Shown piece by piece: positions 59,462 to 64,000 of a DNA stretch of 64,000 nucleotides. The position numbers were made by a program, and so were the translations under genes. Within the stretch, counting starts at the first letter, position 1, and every line of letters begins with the position of its first letter. A model generated the notes under the pieces. The model worked only from the letters and a program-made list of their open reading frames with translations, was not told the origin of the DNA and made no database searches. Source of the stretch: the human T2T-CHM13v2.0 reference genome, Homo sapiens; assembly GCF_009914755.1 (NCBI RefSeq), contig NC_060930.1. One strand, given 5' to 3'.

Positions 59462-60989
59462 GAAAACTGTTTCTAATGGCGGCAGAAGTCATCAGATGCA
59501 GAATGTAGATTCTCTCCTTCAGGGGAACAGTCAGTGATAGAATCACTAAAATTTAATTGATCTATCAGAGATCATTTAGAAGACAGTTCAAGATCATTTA
59601 GCAGACACATACAGGCTTTTCATGATAGGAGTCTCCTGGAACATTCCAGCATCCATTGCTCATTCTTTTCAGTTATTTTTTAAAATTGCTTTTTAAAATG
59701 AGAGTCACAGAAGAGAAAGTTCCTATCTCTCCCCAACCAGTGGGTTAAAAGATTGAGTTGAACCACTACTATGTAAAAAAGATTGTCTACATGACAAGAC
59801 ATACAGAGTGAGAAGAAAAATAATTTATCCGATATTTTCCATTCAAGGGCAGGTCTTTGTTAACATCATTTGCCTCTTCAAGAAAGAAAATGGTCAAAGG
59901 AAATGTCATATTAATTTATCTGTGTGGACATATAAGTAAAATTCTGTTCTCAAATTAAAGATTATCGAACAGACTTTGATCTGGTGGTGTAAAAAGCAAC
60001 AAAATCTATCGAACATCTATTCTGAGAAACCACAAGGACACATTGGTCAGTACTGGTTTGCCGCACAGAGACAGAAAGTAAAAGCTGAATAATCTTAACA
60101 GAGCTAAGGTGGCCTTTTCTTGTGTTTGTTGGCACATTTTCCTCTTTAAAAAATTATGCATGCTGAATTTTATTGTTCTGTTCACTAAACCCTATCAATC
60201 TTCATGAGCTTACAATTAAGAGAATATTGTACTTGGAGGGATTCCCTGCTATTATCAAATAACTTTGAAAAGAAATGGAAAAGTACAAGTTGTGTAATTA
60301 CTGTTACAAATTCCAGCTATTTGAAATATTAATGTAAGACCGCAAAAAATCCTCAATGGGTTTGTGTGCATTTTAAAGGGCTGGACCACAAAACTGATTT
60401 CAAACAATTTCATAACTACAAATAGTGAACAACAAAAAATACTTGATTTTTTAAAAATATCCTTTCATTCAAAGGTTTGCTTTGTCCGAACTCGAGAAGC
60501 AGAAAACCTGAAAAGCTACAGGTAGTTAAGTTCTATCTCTCTGGCAGCAGATGGCAGTATTGATGCGTGAAAAATCCATAACAGGTTGCTTGACGTTACT
60601 TGCTGGGTTTTCCTCTGCTTTAAACTTTGGTATCTGAGCTGAACAAAAATTCCTAATAAGATAATATGGCTGACATCCCTTTATCATTCTCCTTTCCCAA
60701 GCTTTGTTCTTTTTACAAGGAAATATCTTTTCCACTTGCAGCTTTCTTTAGACATTGACAAAATTTTGATGTTTTAACTTTTTTTTCCACACAAACTCCT
60801 ATTTGGTATTCGTCTGAATTAACGCCAAGCACATACTAAGGTCAGCAAATGCTCTGGAGAAACAGGCGCTCAAACCTCCCACACCTCAGGCGTCTGGAAG
60901 CCTTTCCTTACTGTGTTTTCTAATTACTTCCCCAAAGTGGAACTTTCCTAAGTCAAATTGCAATAAGGGTCTGTCTCTTCTCCTTTCAG

Positions 60990-61210
60990 ATCCCTGGAAC
61001 ATCATCTGTAGTTCAGAGAAAATGGAAGCCCCTGCAGCCTGTTTCACAGCCTCGAGGGCCAGGACAGCCAACGAAGTCCCGGATGAGCGCTGTGGCGGCT
61101 GAAATAAAGCAGATCCGAGCCAGAAGGAAAACAGCCCGGATGTTGATGATTGTGCTTTTGGTATTTGCAATTTGCTATCTACCAATTAGCATCCTCAATG
61201 TGCTAAAGAG
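60990..61210 (+). CDS. HCRTR2: HCRTR2 coding exon 5 (221 bp; I255-R328; ICL3 and TM6); not listed in the ORF track
   Basis: ctcttctcctttcAG acceptor, AG|GTAAAA donor. Translates IPGTSSVVQRKWKPLQPVSQPRGPGQPTKSRMSAVAAEIKQIRARRKTARMLMIVLLVFAICYLPISILNVLK(R); CYLP is the TM6 CWxP-equivalent motif. Confidence 0.98.
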
Positions 61211-62337
61211 GTAAAACTTATCTGTTATTTGAAAATGAAATAGCCTGCCTTTTCTTGATTCTTAATTAACTTTTTTTTTTTTTTTAACTAAGCCAGAGAA
61301 AAATCTAAACTTTCTGCTTAGATACCTTGTCAGGCCAGATGACTCAGTTATGTTGTTACCAGCAGGTAAGGCGAACAGCCTTTAAGAGTGCTCAGACATG
61401 TGCTTTTGTCATGCGTATTCTCAGTTGCATGGCAGACATAAAACAGATGTTTCTCCAATCTCTTCAAGCTAGTTGCTAAACCTTAGATGCAGACAAAGTT
61501 CTAATGCGTAACAACTCATTTACAGCTTGCAGTTCTTTCTTGATGAGAACAAACGGGTTTTTCAAAACTTCGTTTCCAAAAACATAGGCAATTGTGAGAG
61601 AATTATATCTTAAGGATAAAAAGAGATAAGAACCTTATGTTAGTATTCTAATTATACTTAAAAGTGCATTGGCGAGCACTTTTTAAAAAAAGCCATCAAG
61701 GCAGATATGTATGTCGAATGTCTAAACAGAAGAATTCATTTCCTGAAGTCACTGAATGAAGCTCAGGGCAGATAGTAATAAAAATCAATGAGGGAAAGTA
61801 TGCTATTTGCTACAATGCAGGCACAACTATTAAGTTAAAAATTTTGACCCATGACATGAGCAGCAGATGCAGAGGCAGTGGTACACACTAAACTTCATGG
61901 CCAGCCAACTTTATTGGGAATTATCGAAACTGTTCCACATAGACTGGTCCCAAGGCAATACCAATTCTTGTTTACAACAGGCTTCGAACTTAAGCTAGAA
62001 TTGCTCCTCTCACTTTGGCCTGATTCAGAATCAATATTATATTCCTCACAGCTGGGAACTCTGAAGAACAGCAGCTTTGGCTGGAGTCAGAAGAAGTGGT
62101 ATAATCAGCCGCAAAGGGTTCTCATTCTCTTTGGCCCCTGTTTTTGATGGTTTAACGGCTTTTTCAATGGAGAAGAAATGGAGAACAAACTTCTGTTCAG
62201 TGATACTATTTACTACAGTCACAGCCTTAAAGATATATGATTTTTTTTGTGGCCTGGGTCCTTGAGACATATGCCAGCTCACAAGAAAATAGAAATTATT
62301 TTGCCCTCCATATCTTTTTGTGCTTTGCTTCTTATTA

Positions 62338-62367
62338 ATTATTATTATTATTATTATTATTATTATT
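62338..62367. repeat. (ATT)10 microsatellite
   Basis: Direct read. Confidence 0.95.
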
Positions 62368-63127
62368 TTTGCTAACAGAAATTTAATACAAATTTATTAT
62401 GGCCACCTGCTAGATACTCTCTTCTGCTTTTAAGAACTTTATAAACATGTTATGTTACTGGATGGGTTTTATTCTTTCTTTCTCTTTCTAATCTTTTTTC
62501 TCTTTTAGTCAGTCTAAATTCAATGAAAATTGGATTTACCTCTCTCTGGGTTACGTATTTGGATTTCCTGTATCTCAGAACTTGCTCTTTCCTTTTATTT
62601 CCAACTACTTTTTTTGTCAATAATATATGTCTTATTCTTCTGACTCAAATCCCTTCCTTTCCAAGGAAAACAAATAACTTTCAAAGGAGCAAGGCTGTGT
62701 TAAATTTAAGATATTTCAAGTTTTGGGGCATTCTACTCTTTTCCACAACATAAAAACTTTTGAAAAAAAGAACTTGAAAATTGTTTTTCTTGTTACCACA
62801 CACATTTTTTTTCAAATGCTTATATTTATTTATCCTTGCATATGAAATTTGTTTTTTCTTTCTCCCACAAAAACCATTCCTAGCTTTTTCTCCTTAAAAC
62901 TTAACTTTTTGCCGAATTAGTCAAAAGCAATTTCTTTACAACAGTTCAGGTTTGTCCAAGATTTCAAAGACATTTTGAGGTAAAGGGTCATAACATAGTA
63001 CAAATTTCTTTTGTCCGTATTATTTCACTCTATATAGTATTTTTGTAAAACTCTAGTACTCTTTATACCAGAAATGGTATAAGGTACACCTTATACCAGA
63101 AATGCATTGTTGTCATGCCTTCTTGCT

Positions 63128-63130
<3 letters not shown>

Positions 63131-63162
<32 letters not shown>
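63131..63162. repeat. (AC)16 microsatellite
   Basis: Direct read. Confidence 0.95.
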
Positions 63163-63164
<2 letters not shown>

Positions 63165-63930
63165 ATACAGACAATCGAAGATGGAGACTTTAGCAGGAAA
63201 TATATATGATTTTTGGCCTATAATCTTATTGAGTAGCTGTAAGTTATCTGTTATAGGTTAGTGATTAGAATTTATAGATGGAATATTTCTAAGTATGGAG
63301 AAAATTTTTTAATAGTCTTTAAGGATAGCATAACAAAACATTTTTTAAAGTTTAAAATAATACATGAAAAATTAACACTCATTAATTTTTAAAAATTACC
63401 AAAATTCTGCCCATCGAGAACTGTTTCTTCTCTGGGTATTAAGGAGTCCCAGAAGGCAAGTTTCAGATAGTCCAGGAAGATTGGAGTTGAAGGCATATGA
63501 TACTTTGATCAATACATAAATGAAAGTAGGAAGAAGTACTTGAAGACTATCATTTAGGAGTGATTTTTAAATGATACACATAATAGAATATTAATACAAC
63601 ATTATTCAATTGTATTTAGAAAGAAAATGAAATAAAGAAGATATATATTCAACTTCCATATTCTTATTTACAAGAAATACTGCATCTGCTATTTGTGGGA
63701 GGGAGAGACCCTTCTCTGACCTGATTTGGCTTTTGATTTATTGATTGTGCTGTGGAGGTTCTGTTCAGGCACTGAAGTTATTCTAAACCAATTATGGGGT
63801 CAGAAACCAATCTGTGGTCAATTCCTGCAACTGAAGAGGACAGGAGTCAGACCATCCTCTACCAATAGCCTTGTTCACCTTTGAATTTAATTATTTAAAA
63901 GACACTTTTCTGTTGTTTCTTTTCCTGCAG

Positions 63931-64000
63931 AGTATTTGGGATGTTTGCCCATACTGAAGACAGAGAGACTGTGTATGCCTGGTTTACCTTTTCACACTGG
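63931..64000 (+). CDS. HCRTR2: HCRTR2 coding exon 6, 5' part (R328-W351; ECL3/TM7), truncated by window end
   Basis: tgtttcttttcctgcAG acceptor ending at 63930. Phase-2 junction AG|A = Arg, then VFGMFAHTEDRETVYAWFTFSHW. Confidence 0.97.

Noticed and set aside
60886-61185. 99-aa minus-strand ORF
   Set aside because: Antisense shadow of HCRTR2 exon 5; no independent evidence.

Overview
Human (primate) genomic DNA from inside the orexin/hypocretin receptor type 2 gene HCRTR2 (OX2R, class A GPCR), transcribed on the + strand. The window holds the 3' ~32 kb of the first coding intron, coding exons 2-5 in full (179, 244, 116 and 221 bp, all with AG/GT boundaries) and the first 70 bp of exon 6. Spliced together they give an uninterrupted frame from V75 to W351. 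Codon 308 reads ATT (Ile), the known I308V polymorphic site. The rest is AT-rich intron filled with transposon relics (13 Alu-family copies, old and young L1s, MaLR LTRs, L2/MIR, a Tigger4b and a MER30B-like MITE) plus microsatellites. Apart from the three ORFs overlapping exons 2-4, the ORF-track entries are repeat-derived or chance frames. I do not see a new multi-gene biological system. The most notable unexplained structures are: a PATRR-like AT-rich palindrome 1 kb upstream of exon 4; a 38-bp inverted duplication with nested palindromes; a closely spaced inverted Alu pair; several template-switch scars; an ETS-CRE composite motif; and candidate cryptic/poison exons and a stop-free circRNA. 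Repeat subfamily calls are from memory of consensus sequences, and repeat boundaries are approximate unless a TSD is cited.
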